Assembly (NCBI GenBank): GCA_041613315.1
Contig: JBFJHJ010000003.1
Coordinates: forward strand, 50,026-114,025
DNA from: Gemmatimonadales bacterium
Lineage (GTDB): Bacteria > Gemmatimonadota > Gemmatimonadetes > Gemmatimonadales > GWC2-71-9
Length of the DNA stretch: 64,000 bases
Direction: 5' to 3'
Shown here: positions 1 through 9,473 of the stretch, piece after piece
How the letters are laid out: every line of letters starts with the position of its first letter
How positions within the stretch are numbered: the stretch's first letter is position 1
Position numbers and translations under genes: made by a program
The notes under the pieces: generated by a model
What the model was told of the DNA's origin: nothing
Databases searched by the model: none
Seen by the model: only the letters and a program-made list of their open reading frames with translations

Positions 1-1392
1 GCGGTCTTGCCGGGCATGCAGGCCGCTTTCGTCGACATTGGGGCCGAAAAGAGCGCCTTCCTACACGCCTCGGACCTGATCGAACCCGAGGACGACGACC
101 TCGAGGCCGACAACGGCAAGGGCGGCCGCGCCAACCGCCGCCTTCCCATCATCCAAGAACACCTCAAGCGGGGCCAGACGCTCCTCGTGCAGGTGACGAA
201 GGAGTCCATCAGCACGAAAGGCCCCCGCGTCACGGCCCAGATCTCGATCGCGGGCCGCTTCCTGGTCTACATGCCCTTCGCCTCCAAGATCGGTGTGAGT
301 CGCAAGATCGACGCGCGTGAGGAGCGCGCGCGCTTGCGGGAGATGGTGGGGAAGCTCATGCCCAAGGATGCGGGCGGGCTCATCATCCGGACGGTCGCGG
401 AGGACCTCACCGAAGCCCATGTCAAGCGGGAGCTCAAGGCGCTGCTGGCGCTGTGGAAGAAGATCAACCGCAAGGCCCACTTCGTTCGCCTTAAGGCCCC
501 GGCCCTCGTCCAGCGCGAAGCCTCGCTCACGAGTGGCACGATCCGCGACCTCTTCAGCGACAAGGTCGACCGGCTCATCGTCGACGAGAAGCGGTTCTTC
601 AACGAGATCCGCCGCTACGTCAAGGAGGTCGACCCGGAGCTGCTCGAGCGCGTGCAGTTCTACCGCGAGGCGACGCCCCTGTTCGACAAGTTCGACATCG
701 AGCCGGAGATCCGAACGCTGTTTGACCGGCGGGTCGAACTTCCGACGGGCGGCTACCTCATCATCGAGCCCACCGAGGCCCTCGTCTCGATTGACGTCAA
801 CACGGGGCGCTACACCGGAAAGAAGGATCCCGAGAAGACGATTCTCCGGACCAACCTCGAAGCGGCGCGGGAGATCGCCCGACAGCTCCGGCTCCGGGAC
901 GTCGGTGGGATCATCGTGATCGATTTCATCGACATGGAGTCGCAAGGCAACCGCGACCGGGTGTTGCAGGAACTCAGGACCCACTTGAGCCATGACCGGG
1001 CCCGCACCCGCGCCTTCCAGGTCTCGGAGTTGGGCATCGTCGAGATGACCCGGCAGCGAGTCCGCCCCTCGCTGCTGGATTCAATGGCGACCGCCTGCCC
1101 GTCGTGCGGCGGAAGCGCCCGGGTCCTCCGGCCCGAGGTGGTGGCGCGCCGGCTGGAGCGCGCGCTGCGACGGGCGGCGCATGAGCGGAAAGAGCGGCGG
1201 ATCACGGTTCGGCTCCATCCTGAAGTGGGGCTCTACCTGATGGAGAAAGAGCCTAAGTTCCTCCAGGACATCGCGCGCGAGACGGGGCTGCAATTGGAGC
1301 TACGAGACGACCCGATCACGCGGGTCGACGAGTTCCGGCTGGTTGCGCAACCGGCGGGCCGGGACGTGACGGAACACTACGCAGTGGCGTGA
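1..1392 (+). CDS. rng: Rne/Rng family ribonuclease (RNase E/G), 5' part outside the window
   Basis: S1-domain PGMQAAFVDIG, catalytic IDVNTG and IVIDFIDM motifs, Zn-link CPSCGG; frame is open at the window start. Confidence 0.9.
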   Translation, partial: AVLPGMQAAFVDIGAEKSAFLHASDLIEPEDDDLEADNGKGGRANRRLPIIQEHLKRGQTLLVQVTKESISTKGPRVTAQISIAGRFLVYMPFASKIGVSRKIDAREERARLREMVGKLMPKDAGGLIIRTVAEDLTEAHVKRELKALLALWKKINRKAHFVRLKAPALVQREASLTSGTIRDLFSDKVDRLIVDEKRFFNEIRRYVKEVDPELLERVQFYREATPLFDKFDIEPEIRTLFDRRVELPTGGYLIIEPTEALVSIDVNTGRYTGKKDPEKTILRTNLEAAREIARQLRLRDVGGIIVIDFIDMESQGNRDRVLQELRTHLSHDRARTRAFQVSELGIVEMTRQRVRPSLLDSMATACPSCGGSARVLRPEVVARRLERALRRAAHERKERRITVRLHPEVGLYLMEKEPKFLQDIARETGLQLELRDDPITRVDEFRLVAQPAGRDVTEHYAVA

Positions 1393-1454
1393 TGACCCGC
1401 GGCGCGACGTCCGGTGTCAGGTACCCGGACGCCGCGACCCGGCCCGATGGACCC

Positions 1455-1483
1455 TTGACCCAACTCCGCGCGCTGAGTACAGT
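1455..1483 (+). promoter_or_regulatory. sigma70-type promoter of rplU-rpmA
   Basis: TTGACC(1455-1460)-17 bp-TACAGT(1478-1483); ATG at 1493. Confidence 0.6.
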
Positions 1484-1492
1484 TACCGGCCT

Positions 1493-1810
1493 ATGAGCTA
1501 CGCTATTTTCCGCGCCCAGGGGCGGCAGTTCCGCGCCGAGAAGGGCATGACACTCCAGGTGCCCCATCTCGACGCCGAGCCAGGGACGAAGGTCTCGTTC
1601 GACGACGTGCTGTTGTCCAGCGACGGGAAGAAGGTGCACTCCGGCCAGCCGATCGTGAAAGGCGCCAAGGTGACGGCGGAAGTGCTCCGACACGGCAAAG
1701 ACGAGAAGGTGGTGGTCTTCAAGTTCAAGCGGCGGAAGAACTACCGTCGGCGCACCGGCCACCGCCAGCAGTTCACCGAGATCAAGATCACCGATCTGAA
1801 GCTGGGATAG
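1493..1810 (+). CDS. rplU: 50S ribosomal protein L21
   Basis: [30 protein letters not shown]; adjacent to rpmA. Confidence 0.97.
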   Translation: MSYAIFRAQGRQFRAEKGMTLQVPHLDAEPGTKVSFDDVLLSSDGKKVHSGQPIVKGAKVTAEVLRHGKDEKVVVFKFKRRKNYRRRTGHRQQFTEIKITDLKLG

Positions 1811-1815
1811 GCAGA

Positions 1816-2073
1816 ATGGCGCACAAGAAGGGTGTCGGCTCCAGCCGCAACGGGCGGGATTCCAATCCGAAGTTCCTCGGCGTCAAGCGGTTCGGCGGTG
1901 AGGCCGTGCGCGCGGGCAATATCCTGGTCCGCCAACGCGGCACCCGGTTCCACCCGGGCCGCAACGTGCGCCGAGCGAGCGACGACACGCTCTTCGCGCT
2001 CGCAGACGGTGTCGTCAAGTTCGAGCATCACGACAAGCGGCGCCTTCGGGTGAGTGTATATCCGGCGGCGTGA
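1816..2073 (+). CDS. rpmA: 50S ribosomal protein L27
   Basis: [16 protein letters not shown] signature. Confidence 0.98.
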   Translation: MAHKKGVGSSRNGRDSNPKFLGVKRFGGEAVRAGNILVRQRGTRFHPGRNVRRASDDTLFALADGVVKFEHHDKRRLRVSVYPAA

Positions 2074-2158
2074 GGGCGGCGAGGTCGCGGGCGGAAGCGA
2101 CAACGGCGGGCGCATCGGCGGCCGCCGTTCGCGTTTCCCCCCTTGTGTGTCGGGGCGG

Positions 2159-2635
2159 TCACGCTTCGGGGCCGGCCGCCAGGGCCCCGCGGCGCCGCAC
2201 CTCCCGTAGCGCGCGGAGCTCACGCTTCGCCAGCTGGGCGCGCCGGCCGAAGAAAGCGAACGGGATCAGGGATGTGACGCCGACCCCCGCGCTCAACACC
2301 ACCTTGCTCAGGGCTGCCGGCTCGGGTCCCAGCACCATCCAGAGCACCACGATCTCCGCCGCGATCACCACGGCGCCGAACGCGTCGCGCAAGTGCGCCA
2401 TGTCCTTCCGATATACGTTGAGGCGGCGTTCGGCCTCCGTCTCCACCGCCCCGGCGGCAAGCAGTTCGCCCTCACCGGAGTAGATCGCGCCGCAACGCCC
2501 GCAGATGCGTAGCTGGCCGGTGAAGAGGCTCTTGAACCCCTCCCACCAGTAGCGCGTCCACCGCAGCCGCTTGACCGGATGGCGCAGGACCTCCAGCGCA
2601 TGCCCACAGCGCTCACACTGTTCCACGCCGACCAT
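2159..2635 (-). CDS. hypothetical membrane protein with N-terminal zinc ribbon
   Basis: CERCG and CGRCG pairs followed by two hydrophobic helices; last gene of the minus-strand run. Confidence 0.65.
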   Translation of the reverse strand: MVGVEQCERCGHALEVLRHPVKRLRWTRYWWEGFKSLFTGQLRICGRCGAIYSGEGELLAAGAVETEAERRLNVYRKDMAHLRDAFGAVVIAAEIVVLWMVLGPEPAALSKVVLSAGVGVTSLIPFAFFGRRAQLAKRELRALREVRRRGALAAGPEA

Positions 2636-2675
2636 CGCTGTGCCCTACGCGTGAAGGCGATCCGAAGTTACGGGC

Positions 2676-3521
2676 TCAGCAGATCTGTGCCCGGAAGAGC
2701 TCGAACAATCGGCGCGTCACCGGGCCCGGGCAACCGGCGCCGACGGGTGCCCCGTCGAGCGTGACGATCGGCATGACCTCGACCGTGGTCCCGGCCAGGA
2801 AGAGCTCATCGGCCCCGCGTAGCTCGTGGAGCAGAATGGGTTGCTCGAGCGCGGGAATCCCGTTGGCGCGGCAGAGGTCGAGCACCACGCCTCGCGTGAT
2901 GCTGGGCAAGATGTAATTCGACTTGGGGGCCGTCCGGACCGTTCCGTCGAACACGCCGAAGAAGCTGGTGGCCGTGCCTTCGAGCGCCACGCCGTCGCGC
3001 ACGAGGATCGCCTCGGTGGCTCCAGCGTCGACCGCCTGCTGGTGTGCCAGAACATTCGGGAGCAGCGCCACCGACTTGATGTCGCATCGTGTCCAGCGCA
3101 GGTCCGGCGCCGTGATGACGGCGACGCCCTGCGCCGCGTCGCCACGCGGCCGAAGCGGCAGGGGGGTGGCGTACACCGTCGGGGGCACCGGGGGGTCGGG
3201 GAAGGCGTGACGCCGCGGGGCGGCACCACGGGTGACTTGAAGGTAGACCATTGCGTCGCCTGCGAGCGCGTTCCGGCGCAGGAGCTCCGGGCACACGTCG
3301 CTCAGCGCCGCCGTCGTGACGCCGTCGATCCGAAGCGCCCGCAGCCCGTCCGCGAGGCGGGCCAGATGCGCCTCCAGGCCGAACAGGCGTCCCCCGTAGC
3401 TGCGCACGACCTCGTACGCGCCGTCGGCGAACAGGAAGCCGCGGTCGTCCGGCGAGATCCGAACGTCGGCCTTGGGGAGGAAGATCCCGTTGAAGTACAC
3501 GGTGTCGGCGTGGGCGGTCAC
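2676..3521 (-). CDS. dat: D-amino acid aminotransferase / class IV aminotransferase
   Basis: DRGFLFADGAYEV, YLQVTRG, RW..CDIKS (PLP Lys), ILPSITR; GTG start overlaps the upstream stop (GTGA). Confidence 0.88.
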   Translation of the reverse strand: MTAHADTVYFNGIFLPKADVRISPDDRGFLFADGAYEVVRSYGGRLFGLEAHLARLADGLRALRIDGVTTAALSDVCPELLRRNALAGDAMVYLQVTRGAAPRRHAFPDPPVPPTVYATPLPLRPRGDAAQGVAVITAPDLRWTRCDIKSVALLPNVLAHQQAVDAGATEAILVRDGVALEGTATSFFGVFDGTVRTAPKSNYILPSITRGVVLDLCRANGIPALEQPILLHELRGADELFLAGTTVEVMPIVTLDGAPVGAGCPGPVTRRLFELFRAQIC

Positions 3522-4132
3522 ATCCAGTTCCGTCGGCCCTGCGTGAAGGGGGTGCGGTGCGGATCGTGCGTCCGAACGAACTCCCGGTACCGGTCGCGCA
3601 GTCGAATATAACGCGCCTGATCGGTCCGGAGCGGGCGATGGGGCAGGGCGATCAGGTGCCGCTCCACCTTCCAGACGTTGCGCGGCGAGAAGCGCCAGTC
3701 GTAGGGGTCCAGCTCCCGGAGATCCGCCAGGGCAAACGCGACGATCCGCCCCGTGCGGTCGACGTACGGGTCGTAATAGCTCCGCGCCAGCGCTTCCACC
3801 GAGCGAAACACGGGCCGCCGCCCCCACAACCCCTCATCCCGCGACCCCCCGACCGCTCCCCACCCCCCGCGGCGCCGAAACGCGAACACCACGTGATCAA
3901 GGAGATCGCGGGACTCGAGATCGAGGAGGAGCGGCGGGTAACCGTGGAATTCGAGGATCGTGGCGGCAGCCAGTGCCGCCTCGAGGCAATGGGCGCTCCG
4001 GTGCCGGACGACGCCCCGAAACGAGCGCAGCGTCGGGCGCGGGCGCTCCCAGTTGTAGCGCAGCGAGCGAATCCACCGCTGGACGGCTTCGGGCGTCCCG
4101 TTGGCGCGGATGACGCGACGCTCCCTCGCCAT
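3518..4132 (-). CDS. transglutaminase-like (papain-fold) hypothetical protein
   Basis: AHCLEAALAAA (candidate Cys), DHVVFAF (candidate His); coupled to dat. Confidence 0.6.
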   Translation of the reverse strand: MARERRVIRANGTPEAVQRWIRSLRYNWERPRPTLRSFRGVVRHRSAHCLEAALAAATILEFHGYPPLLLDLESRDLLDHVVFAFRRRGGWGAVGGSRDEGLWGRRPVFRSVEALARSYYDPYVDRTGRIVAFALADLRELDPYDWRFSPRNVWKVERHLIALPHRPLRTDQARYIRLRDRYREFVRTHDPHRTPFTQGRRNWM

Positions 4133-4172
4133 GAGCGCCGGTCGGGCGCGGCGCCCGCGGGGCCGCGCCGGC

Positions 4173-4553
4173 TCAACGCGAGCCGGCAACCACTCCCCAC
4201 ACGAACGCCGCCCACCCTCCGAGGAAGCACAGACCGCCGATCGGCGTCACGGCGCCGAGCCAGCGGGCGCCCGTGAGCGCCAACAGGTAGAGGCTTCCCG
4301 AGAAGACGAGGGTCCCCGCCGCGAAGAGCCAGCCCGCCCACAGGAGCGCGGGCGCACCCCACCGGGCGGTGGCGAACGCCACGGCCAACAACCCCAGCGC
4401 GTGGTACATCTGATATCGCACGCCGGTTTCGAAGACCACGAGCAGGTCGGGGTCGAGCCGCGCCCGAAGCGCGTGCGCACCGAACGCGCCGGCCCCTACC
4501 GCCACGAAGGCCGAGGCGGCCCCGAGCACGGCGAAGAGGCGATCCGGACTCAC
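4173..4553 (-). CDS. DUF423 (YgdD/TMEM256) membrane protein
   Basis: GAFGAHAL, FETGVRYQMYHAL, FSGSLY, GAVTPIGG; GTG start at 4553. Confidence 0.9.
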   Translation of the reverse strand: MSPDRLFAVLGAASAFVAVGAGAFGAHALRARLDPDLLVVFETGVRYQMYHALGLLAVAFATARWGAPALLWAGWLFAAGTLVFSGSLYLLALTGARWLGAVTPIGGLCFLGGWAAFVWGVVAGSR

Positions 4554-4777
4554 GCGACGTCGTCGCCCAGCACGCCGGCGTCCCGCAGCACCTCCCGAGC
4601 CCTGCTCACCTGGTCGGGATGCACCAGCAGATCGGCCCCCGGAGGGATGGGGCCGAGGAGCATCCCCTCGGACGATCGGATCACAAATGGAATGCCGTGG
4701 TTCGTCAGGTGCTGCGCCGCGAGCTCCGCATCGAGGTGCCGGCGAAAATTGGCGATGACCACCGGTTGTCCCGCCAT
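4550..4777 (-). CDS. DUF2007-like small putative signal-transducing protein
   Basis: AELAAQHL..HGIP ... LLVHPDQVSRAREVL pattern; 4 bp overlap with next gene. Confidence 0.7.
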   Translation of the reverse strand: MAGQPVVIANFRRHLDAELAAQHLTNHGIPFVIRSSEGMLLGPIPPGADLLVHPDQVSRAREVLRDAGVLGDDVA

Positions 4778-4795
4778 CAGATCTCCGCGGCCGTG

Positions 4796-6280
4796 TCAGC
4801 CAGCCCAGATCCACACCACGATCGTAATAATAGCCACCGCGGCGACGTTGAGTCCGATCCCGGCCCGCGCCATCTGGCCCGGGGTAATGGCGCCGCTGCC
4901 GAACACGATGGCGTTGGGCGGCGTGGCCACCGGGAGCATGAATGCCATCGAGGCGGCGAGGGCGGCGGCCGCCATGAGCGGCAGCGGTGCCAGGCCCAGG
5001 CCTTGGGCCACCCCCACCACTAGCGGCATCCCGAGCGCCGTCGTGGCCGCGTTGCTGGTGAGCTCGGTGAGGGCCACGAACAGCGCGGTCGTCGCCAGCA
5101 CCACCACGATGAACGGCGTGCCCTGCAGAGCCGCGAGCCGCTCGCCAAGCCACGCCGTGAGCCCACTCGACTCGAACACCGCCGCGAGGGACAGACCGCC
5201 GCCGAACAGGAGCAGGATGCCCCAGGGGACCTTGCGTGCCGACTCCCAGTCGAGGGCCACGCGGTGCCGGGCACCGGAGAGGGGAACCACGAACAACACC
5301 AGTGCGGCGGCGATCGCGATGGCCGGGTCGGAGATACCGGGTAAGAGATCACTGAGGCCCGGGACGCGCAGGCTGCCGATCTCCCTGGGCGCGCGGAAGA
5401 TCCACGCGAACGCCGTCAGGCCGAAGACCGCCAGCACGAATCGCTCGGCGCCCGCCAGCCGTCCCAGGCGTCCCTCCTCCCGCGCGATCACCGTGGCGAG
5501 CCCGGGAACCGCGCCTCGGACGCGATACAACCGCACGAGCCACAGCCAGCAGATGGCGAGCATCGGGAAGCTCACCGAGGCGCCGATGCCGATCCATCCG
5601 GCGAAGCTGACCTCGACGCCGGCGAGTTCGCGCGCCGCCGCTGCGAAGATGGCGTTGGGCGGCGTGCCGATGAGGGTCGTGACGCCGCCGATGGACGCGC
5701 CGTAGGCGATACCGAGCATCAGCGCGGTGGAAAAGCCCGTGCCCGCGGCGCGTGGCTCACCAGGAGCGCCGGACGCGCGATCCGGTCCCTCGGACGGCCC
5801 GCCCGATCGCCCGACCGCCTGTCCGCCCATCACGGCTGCGGCGATGGGCAACATCATGATCGCCGTGGCCGTGTTCGAGATCCACATGCTGGCGAACGCG
5901 GTGGCGAGCATGAACGCCAAGACGACCCTGGGCGCGTCCGTCCCGACGGCGCGGACGGCCGCCAGCGCGAATCGCTTGTGCAGATTCCACCGCTCGAGCG
6001 TGGCCGCGAGGAAGAACCCTCCGAGAAACAGGAAGATGATGGGGTCGGCGTACGGCGCGGCGACCTGATCGATGTTGGCGACCCCGACGAGCGGCAGCAG
6101 CACGATGGGGAGGAGCGCCGTCGCTTCGAGCGGCACGACGGCAGAGAGCCACCAGACCGCCATCCAGCCCGCGACGCCCGCGACGCGCCACGCCGGCTCG
6201 ACCATCGTGCCGGGCGGCGGCAGCAGGAGCGTGGCCGCCAGGATGGCGGGTCCGGCCGCGAGGGCCACGCGGCGCGTCAT
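4796..6280 (-). CDS. SLC13/DASS family sodium-coupled anion (dicarboxylate) transporter
   Basis: SMWISNTAT, TLIGTPPN, TELTSNAAT, FMLPVATPPNAI motifs; many TM helices. Confidence 0.93.
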   Translation of the reverse strand: MTRRVALAAGPAILAATLLLPPPGTMVEPAWRVAGVAGWMAVWWLSAVVPLEATALLPIVLLPLVGVANIDQVAAPYADPIIFLFLGGFFLAATLERWNLHKRFALAAVRAVGTDAPRVVLAFMLATAFASMWISNTATAIMMLPIAAAVMGGQAVGRSGGPSEGPDRASGAPGEPRAAGTGFSTALMLGIAYGASIGGVTTLIGTPPNAIFAAAARELAGVEVSFAGWIGIGASVSFPMLAICWLWLVRLYRVRGAVPGLATVIAREEGRLGRLAGAERFVLAVFGLTAFAWIFRAPREIGSLRVPGLSDLLPGISDPAIAIAAALVLFVVPLSGARHRVALDWESARKVPWGILLLFGGGLSLAAVFESSGLTAWLGERLAALQGTPFIVVVLATTALFVALTELTSNAATTALGMPLVVGVAQGLGLAPLPLMAAAALAASMAFMLPVATPPNAIVFGSGAITPGQMARAGIGLNVAAVAIITIVVWIWAG

Positions 6281-7143
6281 CGTTGCGGAATGAGCTCGAG
6301 GGGCGTGTGCCGGGTGATGCGCGCTTTCAACTCGTCGGGCAGGGGCAACGCAAGGAACTGATCGAGGTTGCCTCGGAGGTCCCGCACCCCCGGGCTGGGC
6401 CAATCCGTGCCCCACACGACGCGCTCACCGATCTCCTCCAGACGCGGGAAGTACTCCAAGAGCTTGGCGGGAGGGATCCCCGAGAGCTCGAGGTAGACGT
6501 TGCGATGGCGCCGCAGCACGAAGAACGCCTCGTCCATCCATAACGGCCGGCCGCCGTGCGCCATGATGATCGTGAGCGCAGGGAAGTCGATCGCGACGTC
6601 GTCCAGCTCCATCGGCCGGCCGTACTTGCAGCGCGCCCCGGGGAAGATGCTCGTGCCGGTATGGATCGTGACCGGCATCCCCCGCTCCTCGCAGCGGCGA
6701 TAGATCCGGCCCAGCGCGTCGAGCCCCATCGTGTACGCATTCGCGGGATAGAGCTGGTGCGGCGGGTGGATCTTCAGGATACGCGTCCCCATCGCGAGCA
6801 GCTCCTCCACCTCGGCTTCGGGGTCCGTGGTGAAGCGGGGATGCACGCCGCCGTAGGGAATGAGCCGTTCAGGCGCCGCGCTCGCATACTCCGCGGCGAA
6901 CCGGTTCGTCTCCATGGTGAAGCCCATGAGGTCCGGGCTGGGGTAATTCACCAGCCCGACGCGCCAGATTCCGGCGGCGTCCAGCGTGTCGAGGAGCGCC
7001 CGGGGGTCGTCCATGATCGCCATGAGCCGCTGCCAATGGTCCTCGTGGTCGCGACGCATCACGGCCGCCACGGCCGGCTTGAGCTGCCGCCAGGGCTGAA
7101 TATGGACGTGGAGATCCGTGACGCCCGGCATCGGGGGCGTCAT
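6277..7143 (-). CDS. amidohydrolase family protein (Amidohydro_2)
   Basis: DLHVH, KIHP, IHTG, AHGG, GTDWP metal-binding motifs. Confidence 0.9.
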   Translation of the reverse strand: MTPPMPGVTDLHVHIQPWRQLKPAVAAVMRRDHEDHWQRLMAIMDDPRALLDTLDAAGIWRVGLVNYPSPDLMGFTMETNRFAAEYASAAPERLIPYGGVHPRFTTDPEAEVEELLAMGTRILKIHPPHQLYPANAYTMGLDALGRIYRRCEERGMPVTIHTGTSIFPGARCKYGRPMELDDVAIDFPALTIIMAHGGRPLWMDEAFFVLRRHRNVYLELSGIPPAKLLEYFPRLEEIGERVVWGTDWPSPGVRDLRGNLDQFLALPLPDELKARITRHTPLELIPQR

Positions 7144-7162
7144 GGGTATGCGGCGAAACGGC

Positions 7163-7945
7163 TCATCGGCCCTGGAAGTCGGCGGCGCGTTTCTCGAGGA
7201 AGGCCCGCACCCCTTCGACCTTGTCCTCCGACGAGAACGCGATCCCGAAGAGCGTCTGCTCGAGGCGCACGCCTTCGTCGAGCGGCATGCGGACGCTTGC
7301 TCGCACGGCCTCTTTGATGAGCTGGAGGGCCACCGGGCTCTTCTGCGCAATCGTGCCGGCCAGCGCGCGGGCCCGCTCCATCAGCTGCTCAGGGGGTAGG
7401 ACCTCGTCCACCAGCCCCACGCGGAGCGCTTCCGCGGCGGAGATCATCTCGCCGCTGTACAGCAGCTTGAACGCGTTTCCCAGCCCGACGAGACGGGGCA
7501 GCCGCTGCGTCCCGCCACCACCGGGCAGGATCCCGAGGTTGATCTCCGGCTGGCCGAGCTTGGCTTTCTCGGACGCGATGCGGATGTCGCACGCCATGGC
7601 TAGCTCGCAGCCGCCGCCCAAGCAGAAGCCGTTGATCGCCGCGATGATCGGCTTTGGGAATTGGTCGGCCGCGTCGAACAGGCCGAACGTCTTCATGACG
7701 CGGAACTGCTCCATAGGACTGCGGCCCTCGAACTCCGCGATGTCCGCACCAGCGATGAACGCCTTCTCGCCCGCCCCCGTGACGATCACCACGCGGACCT
7801 CGGCGTTCTGTTTGAGCTCGTTCAAGGCGCCCACGAACTGGCAGCGCACCGGCCCATTCAAGGCGTTCAGCTTCGCGGGGCGATTGATCGTGACGGTTGC
7901 GACGCGCCCCGCAATATCGGTCAGGACGACTTGGTCTTCGGCCAT
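7163..7945 (-). CDS. enoyl-CoA hydratase (crotonase, PaaF-like)
   Basis: AFIAGADI, GGGCELA, QPEINLGILPGGGGTQRL (both catalytic Glu present). Confidence 0.92.
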   Translation of the reverse strand: MAEDQVVLTDIAGRVATVTINRPAKLNALNGPVRCQFVGALNELKQNAEVRVVIVTGAGEKAFIAGADIAEFEGRSPMEQFRVMKTFGLFDAADQFPKPIIAAINGFCLGGGCELAMACDIRIASEKAKLGQPEINLGILPGGGGTQRLPRLVGLGNAFKLLYSGEMISAAEALRVGLVDEVLPPEQLMERARALAGTIAQKSPVALQLIKEAVRASVRMPLDEGVRLEQTLFGIAFSSEDKVEGVRAFLEKRAADFQGR

Positions 7946-8805
7946 TGATAGAATCCCTTCCCGGTTTTTTGCCCGAGCTCGCCTGCCGACACCTTGCGGC
8001 GCAGGATGCCCGGCGGCGCGTAGTGAGGCTCTCCCAACTCGCGATACAAGTATTCCGCGATCGCCAGGCGGACGTCCAGCCCGACGAGGTCGCTCACGCG
8101 GAGGGGGCCCATCGGATGCCCGTATCCCAGCTCCAGGGCTGTGTCGATGTCGTCCGGCGACGCCACGCCCTGCTCGACCATGCGCATCGCCTCGAGGCCC
8201 AACACGACGCCCAGCCGAGACGAAGCGAAGCCGGGCGTGTCCTGGACGGTGATGGGGTGCTTCCCCATCGCGACCGCGGCGTCGCGTGCGCGCCGCACCA
8301 CCGCCGAGTCGGTGCCTTCGGGCACCACGAGCTCGACGAGCTTCATGATGTGCACGGGATTGAAGAAGTGCATCCCCAGGACGCGCGCGGGGTGGCGGGT
8401 CGCACCGGCGATCCTGGTGACCGAGAGCGACGAGGTGTTAGTGGCCAGGATCGTGTCGGCTCCCACGAGGCGGTCCAGCCGAGCGAAGAGGTCGCGCTTG
8501 ACCGCCTCGTCCTCAACCACGGCCTCGATGACCAGGTCGGCGTCGCGCACGGCGGCCTCGAGCGTGTCGGCGAGACGGATGCGCCGCAGCGCCTGGTCGG
8601 CCGCCTCCTGCGTGAGCTTCCCGCGCTCGACGCCGCCGTGGAGGTTAGCCTGAATCCGCTCCAGCGCCGGCGCCAGCGCCTCGGGGCGGGCGTCGGTGAG
8701 AGCCGTCTCGTTGCCGGCCAGCGCCGCGATCTGAGCGATGCCGTGCCCCATGGTGCCGGCTCCCACCACGCCGACTCGGGGGCCGCTCCGCTCGGCGACC
8801 GTCAT
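7921..8805 (-). CDS. 3-hydroxyacyl-CoA dehydrogenase (PaaH/Hbd-like)
   Basis: GAGTMGHGIA, IEAVVE, NTSSL, GMHFFNP, GQKTGKGFY. Confidence 0.93.
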   Translation of the reverse strand: MTVAERSGPRVGVVGAGTMGHGIAQIAALAGNETALTDARPEALAPALERIQANLHGGVERGKLTQEAADQALRRIRLADTLEAAVRDADLVIEAVVEDEAVKRDLFARLDRLVGADTILATNTSSLSVTRIAGATRHPARVLGMHFFNPVHIMKLVELVVPEGTDSAVVRRARDAAVAMGKHPITVQDTPGFASSRLGVVLGLEAMRMVEQGVASPDDIDTALELGYGHPMGPLRVSDLVGLDVRLAIAEYLYRELGEPHYAPPGILRRKVSAGELGQKTGKGFYQWPKTKSS

Positions 8806-9473
8806 CGCAGCGCCTTGCGGACCACGTCCGGACGGTTGGTGCAGATGCCGTCCGCCCCGAGGGCGCTGAGCTCGCGCATCCGGTCGGGGTCGTCCACGGT
8901 CCACGCGTACACCTTGAGGTCGTGCGCGTGCGCGCCCTCCACCAGGGCGCGATCGACGAACCGATCCTCCTGCCACAGCTCCGCCGCGCCGACGTCCGCG
9001 AGGGGCGCGAACGGCCGCACGGGGTACGAGCACGACAACACCCCGCACCGGAGTGTCGGCCGTGCGGCCTTGACGCGCGCGACGATGCGATGGTCGAAGG
9101 CATGGACATGGACCCGGGACGGGGCGGGGGCGCCGTCGATGATCTCGAACAGCCGGGAATCGAACGCGGGTGGGAGGCCCTTCACCTCGACGAACACCAG
9201 GAGGTCCCGCCCGACGGCATCGAGCGCCTCCCGCAGCGTGGGCACGGGCTCACCATTTGCCAATCGCCGGGACCGCACGGTGTCGTACGAGGCCGCGGCG
9301 ATGTCGAGGTCGCCCACCCGCGGATCGTGATGGACCATGGGAACGCCATCGGCGGTCGTGTGGATGTCCAACTCGACGCCGTCCGCGTGCATGGCGCGCG
9401 CCGCCCGGAAAGCGGCCAGCGTGTTTTCGAGCTCGTACGCCGACGCCCCCCGGTGCGCGATGACGAGGGTCAA
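8802..9473 (-). CDS. glycerophosphodiester phosphodiesterase (GDPD)
   Basis: IAHRGAS..ENT, GVELDI, HD, AWTVDD, GICTNRPD; TTG start overlaps the boxB stop. Confidence 0.9.
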   Translation of the reverse strand: MTLVIAHRGASAYELENTLAAFRAARAMHADGVELDIHTTADGVPMVHHDPRVGDLDIAAASYDTVRSRRLANGEPVPTLREALDAVGRDLLVFVEVKGLPPAFDSRLFEIIDGAPAPSRVHVHAFDHRIVARVKAARPTLRCGVLSCSYPVRPFAPLADVGAAELWQEDRFVDRALVEGAHAHDLKVYAWTVDDPDRMRELSALGADGICTNRPDVVRKALR

